Shown piece by piece: positions 55,192 to 64,000 of a stretch of 64,000 nt of DNA (positions within the stretch are counted from its first letter, which is position 1; every line of letters starts with the position of its first letter). Source of the stretch: Minisyncoccota bacterium. Its GTDB lineage: Bacteria; Patescibacteriota; Minisyncoccia; Phycocordibacterales; CAIJYI01. The notes below the pieces were generated by a model, which was not told the DNA's origin, did no database searches, and saw only the letters and a program-made list of their open reading frames with translations. The translations under genes were made by a program, and so were the position numbers. The stretch is from positions 16,528-80,527 of the forward strand of contig JALNYN010000003.1 of NCBI GenBank assembly GCA_023229825.1. Reading direction: 5' to 3'.

Positions 55192-56550
55192 TTATAGGAG
55201 TCCCCACGCTTGCATTTCGTCGCTTTCTGTTCCCCATTTCAAACCGATATCGGTGCGGTAGAACATGTTCTGCAGAATGATATTTTCAATGCGATGGTAC
55301 GCTTCTTTTCTTGCGCCTTCCACGGTGTTGCTTGATCCTGTGACGATGAGCGCGTACCCGGCATCGCCGGTGAGTTTCCAGTCGCCGTCTTCCAACCTGA
55401 CATCGCCCAAATGGACGCCGTTCATGTTGGGTTTTTTAAAAACGATGGATGTCCCTTTGTATATATTGTACTGCTCTTTGTCGTAATACGGGAAAGGAGG
55501 AACGGCGACAACGATCCCAACCTGAAAGCCTTTGTGGGTTTTGAGTTTATAATCTTCACCTTTCGCGAGCGCGTACAAAAATTCACCCCATGGACTCTGG
55601 ACGCCTTCGATCATAATACTGATCGTGGGATACCCGAAGCGCGTGGTAAATTCGAGCGGATATATCCCCTTCCCATTAACAATGCAGTTGATGTCGATAC
55701 AGCCGACATATTTGCTTTCGCGAAGACGGTCCTGCATGCGAAGCAAAGTGGATTTAAAGAAATTATTCGTTTCATCCCAATACATGAGCGTTCCCATTTC
55801 TCCCGTATACGGACCGATATCTCCGGGAAAGAGTTTTTTGTGTTCGAAATTTATGTTGATCGGATAGATGAAATCATGCCCGTTGAAAAATGCGCTTACG
55901 GCAACCTCGACGCCGGTGGCGAATTTTTGCAGCTGGAACCTCTTGATCTTTTCCGACCAGCTTTCCTGATTGTGCTTCATAACGGCGAGAATATCCTTAC
56001 CGTCATCCTCCTGTCCGAGAAAGAGCAGACTTTTGAGATACCAGTCGAGCGTTTCTTCACCTGAGGGCTTGAACACGTAGCGCATCGGATGCGTCTCAAT
56101 GAATTGTATTCCCTCATTGAAGTCCTCGAATTCCCAGTGAGGGAGGACGGTCATACCGGCTTTTTTCATTTCGGTTTGTCCGAACTCGCGATCCGTTTCG
56201 AGTTTGTCGGTATACGCACTTCCTCCCACCACCAACTTTCCTTTTCGGCGCAAATCGTCGGCCAGAGCACCGCGCCCGCAGCTGTCGATGACTATCACGT
56301 CCGCCCAATCGACAAAGGTCGCCCACTCGTCGATCTTTTCCACAAATCCGTCCGCGATATCTTTCGATTCATTTTCGCGGATATACATTTTCACTTCGTT
56401 GCCTTCTTTTTGCAATTGCCAAGCAAGGTCGACCGCGAGTGCCTCGACACTGATAAAAAGAAATTTTTTGGGTGAAACATTTTGCTTTTTTCCATTCCCG
56501 TTTTCTTCGGACGCTGCGCTCGGCTCGACGCCATTTTGGTTGTTGTTCAT
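55192..56550 (-). CDS. purD: divergent phosphoribosylamine-glycine ligase (PurD)-like ATP-grasp enzyme
   Basis: 'EFTTRFGYPTISIM' (like EFNCRFGDPE), 'TGEMGTLMY' (like TGGMGAYSP), C-terminal 'MNGVHLGDV...VEGARKEAYHRIENI'. Confidence 0.55.
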   Translation of the reverse strand: MNNNQNGVEPSAASEENGNGKKQNVSPKKFLFISVEALAVDLAWQLQKEGNEVKMYIRENESKDIADGFVEKIDEWATFVDWADVIVIDSCGRGALADDLRRKGKLVVGGSAYTDKLETDREFGQTEMKKAGMTVLPHWEFEDFNEGIQFIETHPMRYVFKPSGEETLDWYLKSLLFLGQEDDGKDILAVMKHNQESWSEKIKRFQLQKFATGVEVAVSAFFNGHDFIYPININFEHKKLFPGDIGPYTGEMGTLMYWDETNNFFKSTLLRMQDRLRESKYVGCIDINCIVNGKGIYPLEFTTRFGYPTISIMIEGVQSPWGEFLYALAKGEDYKLKTHKGFQVGIVVAVPPFPYYDKEQYNIYKGTSIVFKKPNMNGVHLGDVRLEDGDWKLTGDAGYALIVTGSSNTVEGARKEAYHRIENIILQNMFYRTDIGLKWGTESDEMQAWGLL

Positions 56551-56661
56551 CTTTGTATTATACGCTGCTCAAGATTTTACAAAAGATTGACAAACATATT
56601 ACATTATGGTAACATGAAGTCAGACATAAATTTTCGACAATGAATCTAGAGAGGAAACATC

Positions 56662-56856
56662 ATGAAAGCGAAAATCGTTGAAACAGAAAACAAAGCGATC
56701 CGAGAATGGATCATTCGGCATTACTATATCTTTACGATCATGGCCGTAGTCATCGGCTGTGCGATCTCACCCGCTACCGGCGTTGCCACGCTTTTTATTG
56801 TATTGCCGCTGCATATTATTGGAGAATATTTCCATTGGCAAGATTACGGTTTATAA
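56662..56856 (+). CDS. small membrane protein (64 aa)
   Basis: RBS 'gagaggaaacatcATG'; two TM helices. Confidence 0.3.
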   Translation: MKAKIVETENKAIREWIIRHYYIFTIMAVVIGCAISPATGVATLFIVLPLHIIGEYFHWQDYGL

Positions 56857-56969
56857 AGACGTTCAATTTCGAAATTCCGGACAAGCGTGTCCGGAATTTT
56901 TTCTTGACCTTCTTGGTCGATTTCGGTACTGTTACTAATGGATTCATTTCGTACCTATGGAGGTGTCTT

Positions 56970-57485
56970 ATGAAATTACGCGGTTTCTTGCAAACCTCTT
57001 CACTCTATTCTAAAGAATTGATTGATGATAATATCCCGCTGGCTCGCTTTTCCAGCATCAAGGCCGACGAACGGTCATCGGGTCTTATCCTTCCGCCCGA
57101 TCCGATGGAAAATTTCGCTGTTAAATTTTTGGGGCCAAGAAATTCCGATCTCAAAATTATGGTCTCCGGCGTAAGCAATTTGGAAAAGGACCTGCGAGAG
57201 ATCGTGCTCGAATACAACGAACACGGCTGGCGTCCGCTTCACTTTCTCGTCCTCGATTATTTCTGCGAAAAATATCAATTGGAACTCGATATCGTTCATC
57301 ACGAAAGCGAGCTGATAAGAAAAGCGGCTCCGTTCGCTTCCCTTCAAGTTTTTCGGACCATTCTGTCCGGAAATTGGGAACCGCCCCCAGCTCGCAGAGT
57401 GCCAAAAAATGAGCACTGCCAGAAAAATATCGAAGGAAAACAGTATCCACATATACCAGCACGACCGTGGTGTGAAGAAGAATAA
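56970..57485 (+). CDS. hypothetical protein (171 aa; ATG at 56970 with RBS 'ggaggtg', track ORF is 56706..57485)
   Basis: RBS and a terminator at 57505-57533; preferred over the antisense ORF 57075..57542. Confidence 0.4.
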   Translation: MKLRGFLQTSSLYSKELIDDNIPLARFSSIKADERSSGLILPPDPMENFAVKFLGPRNSDLKIMVSGVSNLEKDLREIVLEYNEHGWRPLHFLVLDYFCEKYQLELDIVHHESELIRKAAPFASLQVFRTILSGNWEPPPARRVPKNEHCQKNIEGKQYPHIPARPWCEEE

Positions 57486-57504
57486 TAGAAATACAAGAAG
57501 ACAC

Positions 57505-57533
57505 GAGGCTCTGGAAATGAGCCTCTTTTTTTG
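57505..57533 (+). terminator. rho-independent terminator
   Basis: 'gaggctctggaaatgagcctc' plus T7. Confidence 0.7.
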
Positions 57534-57651
57534 TCCCGTCATTATAAAGCTAACACCTAAAACCTAACAGCTAAAAGCTCGTTTCGTTATCCCCACATTT
57601 TCCACCCTTTGCTATTCCCCTGCCTTATATTTCCCGTGATACAATGAACGT

Positions 57652-59043
57652 ATGTCACAGAAACAAAACGGTGCATTTCGAATCCCGCCACAGAGCATTG
57701 AAGCCGAGAAGGCTTTGCTCGGCTCGATCATGCTGCGGCCCGAAGCGCTCTACGACATCATGGATTTTCTCCGGCATGAGTCTTTTTATGCGGAAAAGCA
57801 TCGCATTATTTTTCAGGCGATCATGGATCTTTTCGGCAAACACGAGCCGATCGACATGCTTTCCCTTTCCAACCGCCTCAAAGAGAAAAATTTTCTCGAC
57901 AGCATCGGCGGCAGTTCTTATCTCGCGGAGCTGGTGAATACCGTTCCGTCTTCAGCGAACGCGAAGCACTATGCGGACACGGTTCAGAAAAAACACGTTT
58001 TGCGCAGTTTGATCGATGCATCGAATCGCGTTTCCGAATTCGGATACAATGAAGCGGAAGAATTGGATTTTACGCTTGACAAATGCGAGAAAGAAATTTT
58101 TGCGGTCACCTCGATGACCTCCACGCAAAAATTTTATACCATGAAAGAAACGCTGGACGGCGCATGGGAACGGCTCGATCGACTGACAAAATCGGGCGAT
58201 GGACTGCGCGGAGTTTCCACCGGTTTTCGCGGTATCGACAACAAGCTCGCCGGTTTTCAGAAATCCGATCTCATCATTCTTGCTGCTCGTCCTTCCATGG
58301 GTAAGACGTCGCTCGCTCTCGACATCGCCCGGCAGTCCGCACTGCATCACGGCACGCCGATCTGTTTCTTTTCTCTCGAAATGAGCGCCCAGCAGCTTGT
58401 CGACCGCATGCTCTCGTCGGAGGCGCGCGTCGATTCATGGAAGATCCGCACGGGTGCGAAAAATATTACCGACGATGAATTCTCCCAGATCCGCGACGCT
58501 CTCGGCCGCCTTTCCAAAGCGCCGATATTCATCGACGATCAGGCTGGTAACAATATCATTAAAATGCGCTCGACCGCGCGGCGCATCAAAAGCGAACACG
58601 GGCTCGGACTTATCGTTGTGGACTATCTCCAGCTCATGGCGCCTTCGCGCGCGAGCGACAATATGGTTCAGCAGGTGACGGAGATCTCGCGCGGATTGAA
58701 ACAGCTCGCACGCGAACTCGACGTACCGGTACTTGCTCTCTCTCAGCTGAACCGCGCCGTTGAACAGCGAGGCGGCAAACCGAGACTTTCCGACCTTCGC
58801 GATTCCGGTTCCATCGAACAGGACGCCGACGTGGTGATCTTCATCCACCGCGAGCAAAATGACGACGGCGCCGGCAAAAAACAAGCTGCTGAGATTCTGA
58901 TCGAAAAACACAGAAATGGCGCTACGGGAAAAGTGGACCTCTTCTTCGACAGCGAGAAAACAACCTTCCTTGATCTCGACGAGAACATGGCGGTCCCCGC
59001 CGGAATGGGTATGGCAAGGAAGGATGATTTTGATGGATTTTAA
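57652..59043 (+). CDS. dnaB: replicative DNA helicase DnaB
   Basis: 'PQSIEAEKALLGSIM', Walker A 'ARPSMGKTSLAL', 'SQLNR'. Confidence 0.9.
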   Translation: MSQKQNGAFRIPPQSIEAEKALLGSIMLRPEALYDIMDFLRHESFYAEKHRIIFQAIMDLFGKHEPIDMLSLSNRLKEKNFLDSIGGSSYLAELVNTVPSSANAKHYADTVQKKHVLRSLIDASNRVSEFGYNEAEELDFTLDKCEKEIFAVTSMTSTQKFYTMKETLDGAWERLDRLTKSGDGLRGVSTGFRGIDNKLAGFQKSDLIILAARPSMGKTSLALDIARQSALHHGTPICFFSLEMSAQQLVDRMLSSEARVDSWKIRTGAKNITDDEFSQIRDALGRLSKAPIFIDDQAGNNIIKMRSTARRIKSEHGLGLIVVDYLQLMAPSRASDNMVQQVTEISRGLKQLARELDVPVLALSQLNRAVEQRGGKPRLSDLRDSGSIEQDADVVIFIHREQNDDGAGKKQAAEILIEKHRNGATGKVDLFFDSEKTTFLDLDENMAVPAGMGMARKDDFDGF

Positions 59044-59127
59044 ACGGAGTCGAGAATAGAAAATAGAGAATTGAGAATAGAAAAAAGGCATACCGGTTAA
59101 GATATGCCTTGAGGTGAAAAGATTATT

Positions 59128-59286
59128 CTATTCTTTGTAAACCATCCATAAACCTATCAAAAATGTAACAACAAGGCCTATCGCGGCAAACAACACCATA
59201 ACGATATTGTGGCTAACGGCGCCTGTTACAAGTAGAAAGCCAAAAAGCACCAGAACAGCCACGATTATTTTATCTTTCATTTTCAT
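59128..59286 (-). CDS. small membrane protein, 52 aa (MKMKDKIIVAVLVLFGFLLVTGAVSHNIVMVLFAAIGLVVTFLIGLWMVYKE), not in ORF track
   Basis: RBS 'aaaggggaaataagATG'; terminator hairpin (aaggcatatcttaaccggtatgcctt+T) after the stop. Confidence 0.4.
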   Translation of the reverse strand: MKMKDKIIVAVLVLFGFLLVTGAVSHNIVMVLFAAIGLVVTFLIGLWMVYKE

Positions 59287-59561
59287 CTTATTTCCCCTTT
59301 CTTTTCATTGTTTAACATTAAAAAAATTATTTGTCAAGCACGTAATAAACCATCAATATTCGTCATTTCCGCCGGACGGGGGTTGCACCCCCGTTCATGA
59401 CGTTTGTATAAAAGCAACCGACGCCGAAAAACTTGAGATTCGAAATTAGTCTCGTATGCGGCATAATCCAAACGTTTCGGACGGGGGTGCAACCCCCGTC
59501 CGGCGACAAAAAACGCGAACAGGAAAGGCGTACCGTGAACGATACGCCTTATAAAAATCAT

Positions 59562-59720
59562 TTATATATTTAATACTGAGGTCGTCACGTAAGTTGCGGC
59601 CAACCCTCCGCCGCCGGTGATGATGGCGACAGAACTATTCGCGGCCAATCCGCAAAAAAGAACTGCAACAAAAGACATTCCGACGATACATAAAACTTTT
59701 TTCGTTATCTCGAATTTCAT
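59562..59720 (-). CDS. small hydrophobic Gly-rich protein, 52 aa (MKFEITKKVLCIVGMSFVAVLFCGLAANSSVAIITGGGGLAATYVTTSVLNI), not in ORF track
   Basis: Perfect RBS 'aacagaaggagaaacgaaATG'. Confidence 0.4.
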   Translation of the reverse strand: MKFEITKKVLCIVGMSFVAVLFCGLAANSSVAIITGGGGLAATYVTTSVLNI

Positions 59721-60055
59721 TTCGTTTCTCCTTCTGTTAACAAATCCTTACATCATTAGAATATTTCCTTGTCAAAAAAAGACAAGTAACCAATAACATA
59801 GCTTAATGATGATCGCATTAAGCGATTCAAAATATTCGCATATATGATATAATCCAAATGTCGTCGCCGGACGGGGTTTATAACCCCGTTCATGATGTTT
59901 GGATAAAATAATCTAACAATATATAATTTCCAAATTCGAATACGACAAGTTTATCACACTGACTCTGGATTCCCCTGTTCAGGGGAATGACGACGAGGAC
60001 GTTGTTATAATTATTCTATTTTCCATTCTCAATTTTCTATTATCTTTTTACTATC

Positions 60056-60676
60056 ATGGACCCCATTTCTTCATTGATCGAAAGTTTTAGTAAATTCCCG
60101 GGCATCGGGCCGCGGCAGGCGAAACGGTTCGTTTATTTTCTGCTTGCCAAAGACCCGGCGTTTCGCGAGGATTTTTCTTTGGCGATGATCCGGCTTGGCG
60201 AAGAAATTACGCAGTGTGTTTCTTGTTTTCGCTACTTTCAAAAGATCCATGAAAAGAACGGAAATTGTCCGATCTGCGCCGACGCATCCCGCGATGCTTC
60301 AAAATTACTCGTTATTGAAAAAGATGTCGATTTCGAAAATATACAGAAAATGAGAATCTGGGACGGAATGTATTTCATCCTCGGCGGTTCCCTGCCGGTA
60401 CTTGAAAAAGAACCGACCAAGAAGATCCGCTCCAAAGAACTTTTTTATGCTGTTCAAGAAAGAGCGAAAAACGGAACTTTGAAAGAGATCGTTCTCGCCA
60501 TGAGCGCCACGACCGAAGGAGAAAATACGCTGCAGTATCTCGACACGATCCTCCCTCCGCTCGCGGAAAAATACGAGTTAAAGATCACCGCTCTCGGACG
60601 CGGTCTTTCTTCCGGAACAGAGCTCGAATATTCCGATCCCGACACCATGAAAAATGCGCTCACGAACCGACGATAA
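60056..60676 (+). CDS. recR: recombination protein RecR
   Basis: 'FPGIGPRQAKRFVYFLL', C4 zinc finger 'CVSCFRYF...CPIC', Toprim region. Confidence 0.9.
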   Translation: MDPISSLIESFSKFPGIGPRQAKRFVYFLLAKDPAFREDFSLAMIRLGEEITQCVSCFRYFQKIHEKNGNCPICADASRDASKLLVIEKDVDFENIQKMRIWDGMYFILGGSLPVLEKEPTKKIRSKELFYAVQERAKNGTLKEIVLAMSATTEGENTLQYLDTILPPLAEKYELKITALGRGLSSGTELEYSDPDTMKNALTNRR

Positions 60677-60679
60677 AAA

Positions 60680-60712
60680 ATAGCCCCAACACCGGTTGGG
60701 GCTATTTGATCA
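60680..60712. terminator. bidirectional rho-independent terminator
   Basis: 'atagccccaacaccggttggggctat' flanked by A6/T-rich runs. Confidence 0.7.
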
Positions 60713-60720
60713 CTGCAAGA

Positions 60721-60891
60721 TCACAAAACTACTTCTACCGTTATATTACAACCCAGTCTATTCGCAGCCCGAAGCGCAAGCTCTTTTTGAGCATCGCTTT
60801 TTACAACAATAACAGTATCGTCATCTGCAGTTTTAATTATCTTTGCCAATTCAACGCCCCAATTATTAGCGGGGACTTGTACTCTTTTCAT
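60721..60891 (-). CDS. small protein, 56 aa (MKRVQVPANNWGVELAKIIKTADDDTVIVVKSDAQKELALRAANRLGCNITVEVVL), not in ORF track
   Basis: RBS 'aacaagaggagagtcgagATG'; terminator immediately downstream on the minus strand. Confidence 0.4.
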   Translation of the reverse strand: MKRVQVPANNWGVELAKIIKTADDDTVIVVKSDAQKELALRAANRLGCNITVEVVL

Positions 60892-60966
60892 CTCGACTCT
60901 CCTCTTGTTAAGAACCCATCATAGATGTATAACCTATATATATGATTTTGTCAATCATCAAAAATA

Positions 60967-62304
60967 TTATGAATTGGTTTGTGAGAGAGCGGGAATGTTG
61001 GTTTGCGCCCATTCGATAATGGGATCTAAATATCCACTGAGATAGGCGTGCATGCCGGTCGCGCCAATAACAAATCCCATGAGGAGCATGATCGTGCCGA
61101 GAAGTTTCCTTCCTCTCGGAGGGTCGAGACGTTTTATTATCGGATGCTGCACCGGCATGGATACGGTCGAAGCACCGGGCAATTTTTGTCCGACGCCGAA
61201 CGCCGCCGCACCGCGCGAAGGCTCCATGGTTTTTTTGACTCCCCCAGTAAGAGAACTTGCCGCCAAGGCTCCCGGCGTCGGCGTCATTCCGGATTGAAGA
61301 TGCGGAGAAAGCTCCGGTTTCGCAGAACCGGCCGCCGCGGACAAAGGATGAGGCTCTGCACTCTCCGGTTTCTTACCGAATGACGCAAAAAAACTCGAGG
61401 CAGAAGGTTCCATTCCTTTTTCCGTTGCCAATATATTTGGCGCATCGGGCGATTTTCCGCCAAAAAGCTGGGCACCGAGCTTGCTTCCTGAAAACATACC
61501 CGTCTTTCCTTCCGGTTTTGCCATGTCGTTGCCCGAGATGACCATTTGCGAGATAGGGTCCGAAACAGGGTTAGCACTCTCTGGAGGTTTTTGCTGGAAC
61601 GTTCCGAGTCGGGCGGATGCAAAATTAGGAGCTTGTGATGGTTCAAGTGTTTTAGTGCCCGGAAACGCGGAGTTTACCGCTCCCGAAAATTGCGGAGCCG
61701 TCGGCGATCCCGGCATGGAAGGTTTCCGTCCCATCGGGTCTGCATTTGACATCGGTGATGCGCTTAACCCTTGTATTTTTTCGAGAGCAGAAAGACCCGA
61801 AGAATTTGGCGACATTTTCGACTGAGAGATCGAAACGGGCGTTTGCGCTATAGGACCTGAAGAAAATGCGCGAGGCGAAGCTGACGGTGATCCGCTGATC
61901 GAGATCGGAGCGTTCGGCGCGCGCGGCTCAAGCGTTTTCTCGGTAAGCGGCGAGAGCGGAGAGGACATTCCGGGCGATACTGAAATGGGGGTGGAAGACA
62001 CGATATCTTTTGAAACCGAGATCGGCTCGATCTTTGGCTGCATCGGATTCGAAAATTCCGCGTTCAAAGTCTGAGCTGCTGTCGGTTCGGGTGTCTGGGC
62101 GCCAAGAGGTGAAGCCGCCGGTGCAGCAGCCATGTTCATCGCGCTTTTCATTGAACTTCCGGCAATGTCCATCGTATCAAAAGCTTCTTCGACATCGCCG
62201 CCATTCCATCCGCCGTGAGTAACGAGCATATCGGTGATCTGTTCTCTTGTCGAGCCTTGCGCCATTCGGTCTTTTATAAAAGTTAAAAGTTCGTTGTTTA
62301 TCAT
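60967..62304 (-). CDS. Ser/Pro/Ala-rich low-complexity protein with small N-terminal globular domain and C-terminal TM anchor
   Basis: Long 'SP..SP..' tracts; C-terminal 'LLGTIMLLMGFVIGATGMHAYL'; RBS 'aaaggaggtgattt' upstream. Confidence 0.5.
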   Translation of the reverse strand: MINNELLTFIKDRMAQGSTREQITDMLVTHGGWNGGDVEEAFDTMDIAGSSMKSAMNMAAAPAASPLGAQTPEPTAAQTLNAEFSNPMQPKIEPISVSKDIVSSTPISVSPGMSSPLSPLTEKTLEPRAPNAPISISGSPSASPRAFSSGPIAQTPVSISQSKMSPNSSGLSALEKIQGLSASPMSNADPMGRKPSMPGSPTAPQFSGAVNSAFPGTKTLEPSQAPNFASARLGTFQQKPPESANPVSDPISQMVISGNDMAKPEGKTGMFSGSKLGAQLFGGKSPDAPNILATEKGMEPSASSFFASFGKKPESAEPHPLSAAAGSAKPELSPHLQSGMTPTPGALAASSLTGGVKKTMEPSRGAAAFGVGQKLPGASTVSMPVQHPIIKRLDPPRGRKLLGTIMLLMGFVIGATGMHAYLSGYLDPIIEWAQTNIPALSQTNS

Positions 62305-62504
62305 AAAGGAGGTGATTTAGTTTGTGGCTAAATTCACTTTAATAATACCACATCTTTACCTAAGTTATGATTGTTTTGGTGGATAACTGTTAACAAATTA
62401 AAAAGTAAAAATGAAAAAGGAAAAAGGTTCGCACGTCGTCGTTAATTTTTACTTTTACCTTGTCGTTTTTAGTTTTTCTTTTTTCCCTTTTAAATTAAGA
62501 ATAT

Positions 62505-64000
62505 TTAAAATTCCCTCAAGATCGACAGTGACGCTCCCAGAGTGTTGAGCCTCGCGATAAGATCCTCATATCCTCGATTGATCGAATAGATATTGCGCAG
62601 CACGGATACTCCATCGGCGGCGAGCATTCCGATCAGCAGTATCGCTGCCGGACGGAGGGCGGGCGGACAAATCACCTCGGCAGCGCGAAGTTTTGTCGGA
62701 CCGGTGATGTACAGACGGTGTGGATCGGCGAGAACCGTATCGGCCCCGAGTTTGTCGAGGTCTTTCGTATGGATCGCGCGCTTTTCGTATACCCAATCGT
62801 GAATAAGCGTAGTTCCTTTGGCCTGCGTCGCAATAACCGCAAAAAACGGAAGATTATCAATATTGAGCCCCGGGTACGGCCGCGCGTCTATCTTTTCATC
62901 GAGCGCCGTCAGTATGGAAGGCGATGTTTTTATATCGACTAAATTGGTCTGTCCATTCAGCGCTTTGTAGCGTTTCAAAATTTTGTATTTGAACCCCATT
63001 TTTTCGAGTTTCAAAAGTTCTATTTCCAGAAAATCGATCGGACAGCGTTCAATGGTGAGCGAAGATCTCGTGACGATCGCGGCCGCCAAAAAAAACATTG
63101 ATTCGATCGGATCTTCGGACAGATAATAGGTTACCGGCATTTTTATTTCCTTCACACCATGGACCGTAATGGTGGTCGTGCCGATACCCTCGATCTTCAC
63201 GCCGCATTTTTCGAGAAAGAAACATACTTCCTGACCCATGTAATTCGATGAAGCGTATTTGATGATCGTCTTCCCGGGAATGAGCGCGGCCGCAATGATC
63301 GCGTTTTCGGTTACCGTGTCTCCGGATTCATACAGTACGATCTCGGCAGGATGCAGCTTCTCCGCTTTTACCTCATATCGTTTTTCTGTCGTCGCTACCT
63401 GAACGCCAAAATTCTCCAGCGCAAAAAGATGCGGTTTCACCGTGCGGGAACCGAGCTTGCACCCTCCCGGCTGAGGCAAAGAAAAGCGTTTGAAATGATG
63501 GATCAGCGATCCGATCAACATCACGATGCTTCGAGTTTTCTGCGCGGCCGCGATATCGATCTTCGAGAGATCTATTTTTTCCGGCGGCTTGATCTCGAGA
63601 TCATTTCCCGACCATTTCACCGATACCCCGATCGATTGGAGAACCTCAACCATACGATGCACCTCCTCGATCTTCGGAACATTCTTTATTGTGGTTTTGT
63701 CTTTATTGAGAAGCGATGCCGCGAGAAGCCCCATAGCTCCGTTTTTCGACGTTTTGGTCACGATCGTGCCGGAAAGTTTTTTCCCTCCTTCAACGCGGAC
63801 ATTAAGCGAACCATTCGACACATTCATAATATCGCGATTCAAAGCATTGCTGATCTTACTGATCATTTCCGTGGAAATATTCTGCTCCCCCCTCTCGATC
63901 CTCGCGATCGCGCTCTGCGTCGTACCGATCTTCCCCGCCAATTCTTCCTGTGTGACGCCGACTTCCTGGCGAAGTTTGGAAATAAGGCGGCCGATAACTC
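62505..64000 (-). CDS. murA: UDP-N-acetylglucosamine 1-carboxyvinyltransferase MurA with N-terminal XRE-type HTH fused in frame; 5' end runs off the window
   Basis: MurA: 'NVRVEGGKKLSGTIVTKTSKNGAMGLLAASLL', active-site region 'QPGGCKLGSRTVKPH'; HTH: '...ISKLRQEVGVTQEELAGKIGTTQSAIARIERGEQNIS' continuous with the MurA frame, no stop up to position 64000. Confidence 0.8.
   Translation of the reverse strand, partial: VIGRLISKLRQEVGVTQEELAGKIGTTQSAIARIERGEQNISTEMISKISNALNRDIMNVSNGSLNVRVEGGKKLSGTIVTKTSKNGAMGLLAASLLNKDKTTIKNVPKIEEVHRMVEVLQSIGVSVKWSGNDLEIKPPEKIDLSKIDIAAAQKTRSIVMLIGSLIHHFKRFSLPQPGGCKLGSRTVKPHLFALENFGVQVATTEKRYEVKAEKLHPAEIVLYESGDTVTENAIIAAALIPGKTIIKYASSNYMGQEVCFFLEKCGVKIEGIGTTTITVHGVKEIKMPVTYYLSEDPIESMFFLAAAIVTRSSLTIERCPIDFLEIELLKLEKMGFKYKILKRYKALNGQTNLVDIKTSPSILTALDEKIDARPYPGLNIDNLPFFAVIATQAKGTTLIHDWVYEKRAIHTKDLDKLGADTVLADPHRLYITGPTKLRAAEVICPPALRPAAILLIGMLAADGVSVLRNIYSINRGYEDLIARLNTLGASLSILREF

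Noticed and set aside
55411-56064. 217-aa ORF antisense to the purD-like gene
   Set aside because: Embedded antisense ORF
57075-57542. 155-aa minus-strand ORF overlapping 56970-57485
   Set aside because: The plus-strand ORF has a good RBS and a matching downstream terminator; the minus ORF starts with a non-ATG codon and has neither
58435-59091. 218-aa ORF antisense to dnaB
   Set aside because: Embedded antisense ORF

Overview
This window looks like a gene-dense contig from an uncultivated bacterium: many short hypothetical proteins and several very abundant families of palindromic repeats. The main feature is a complete class 2 type V-A CRISPR-Cas locus at 16286-24808. It comprises a 1362-aa single-effector nuclease that I recognise as Cas12a/Cpf1 (N-terminus 'FTGKYGLSKTLSFELEPTEKT', RuvC-I 'IGLDRGEKHLVYY', RuvC-II 'AIIVMEDLNMRFKQIRGGIERSVYQQLEKQLIDKF', RuvC-III 'DANGAYNIARKG', no HNH domain), followed by cas4, cas1, cas2 and a CRISPR array of about 37 repeats. 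The 36-nt repeat (GCCAAATTCCTATATTAGATTTCTACTTTTGTAGAT) ends in the UCUAC-UUUU-GUAGA-U stem-loop typical of Cas12a crRNA, and I found no anti-repeat (tracrRNA) near the locus. Flanking the array are two putative toxin-antitoxin pairs: an HTH-DUF4065 (Panacea-type) antitoxin with a RelE/ParE-like toxin, and a zeta-toxin with a small upstream ORF. Housekeeping genes include rlmN, mscL, an M13 peptidase, pyrH, a cyclophilin, mraY-ftsW-murG, sufU/sufC/DUF59, dus, a Clp-like ATPase, ftsQ, serS, a Pif1-like helicase, purF, sod, a purD-like gene, dnaB, recR and murA. Other unusual items are two tandem minimal FtsH-like (HEAGH) peptidase-domain proteins, MurA fused to an N-terminal XRE helix-turn-helix, a membrane-anchored Clp ATPase with a degenerate first AAA module, four dispersed repeat/MITE-like families, and several short genes (<60 aa) with their own RBS and terminator that the ORF track missed. 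All calls rest on motif-level recognition from the translated sequence and on visible repeats; no database searches were run.
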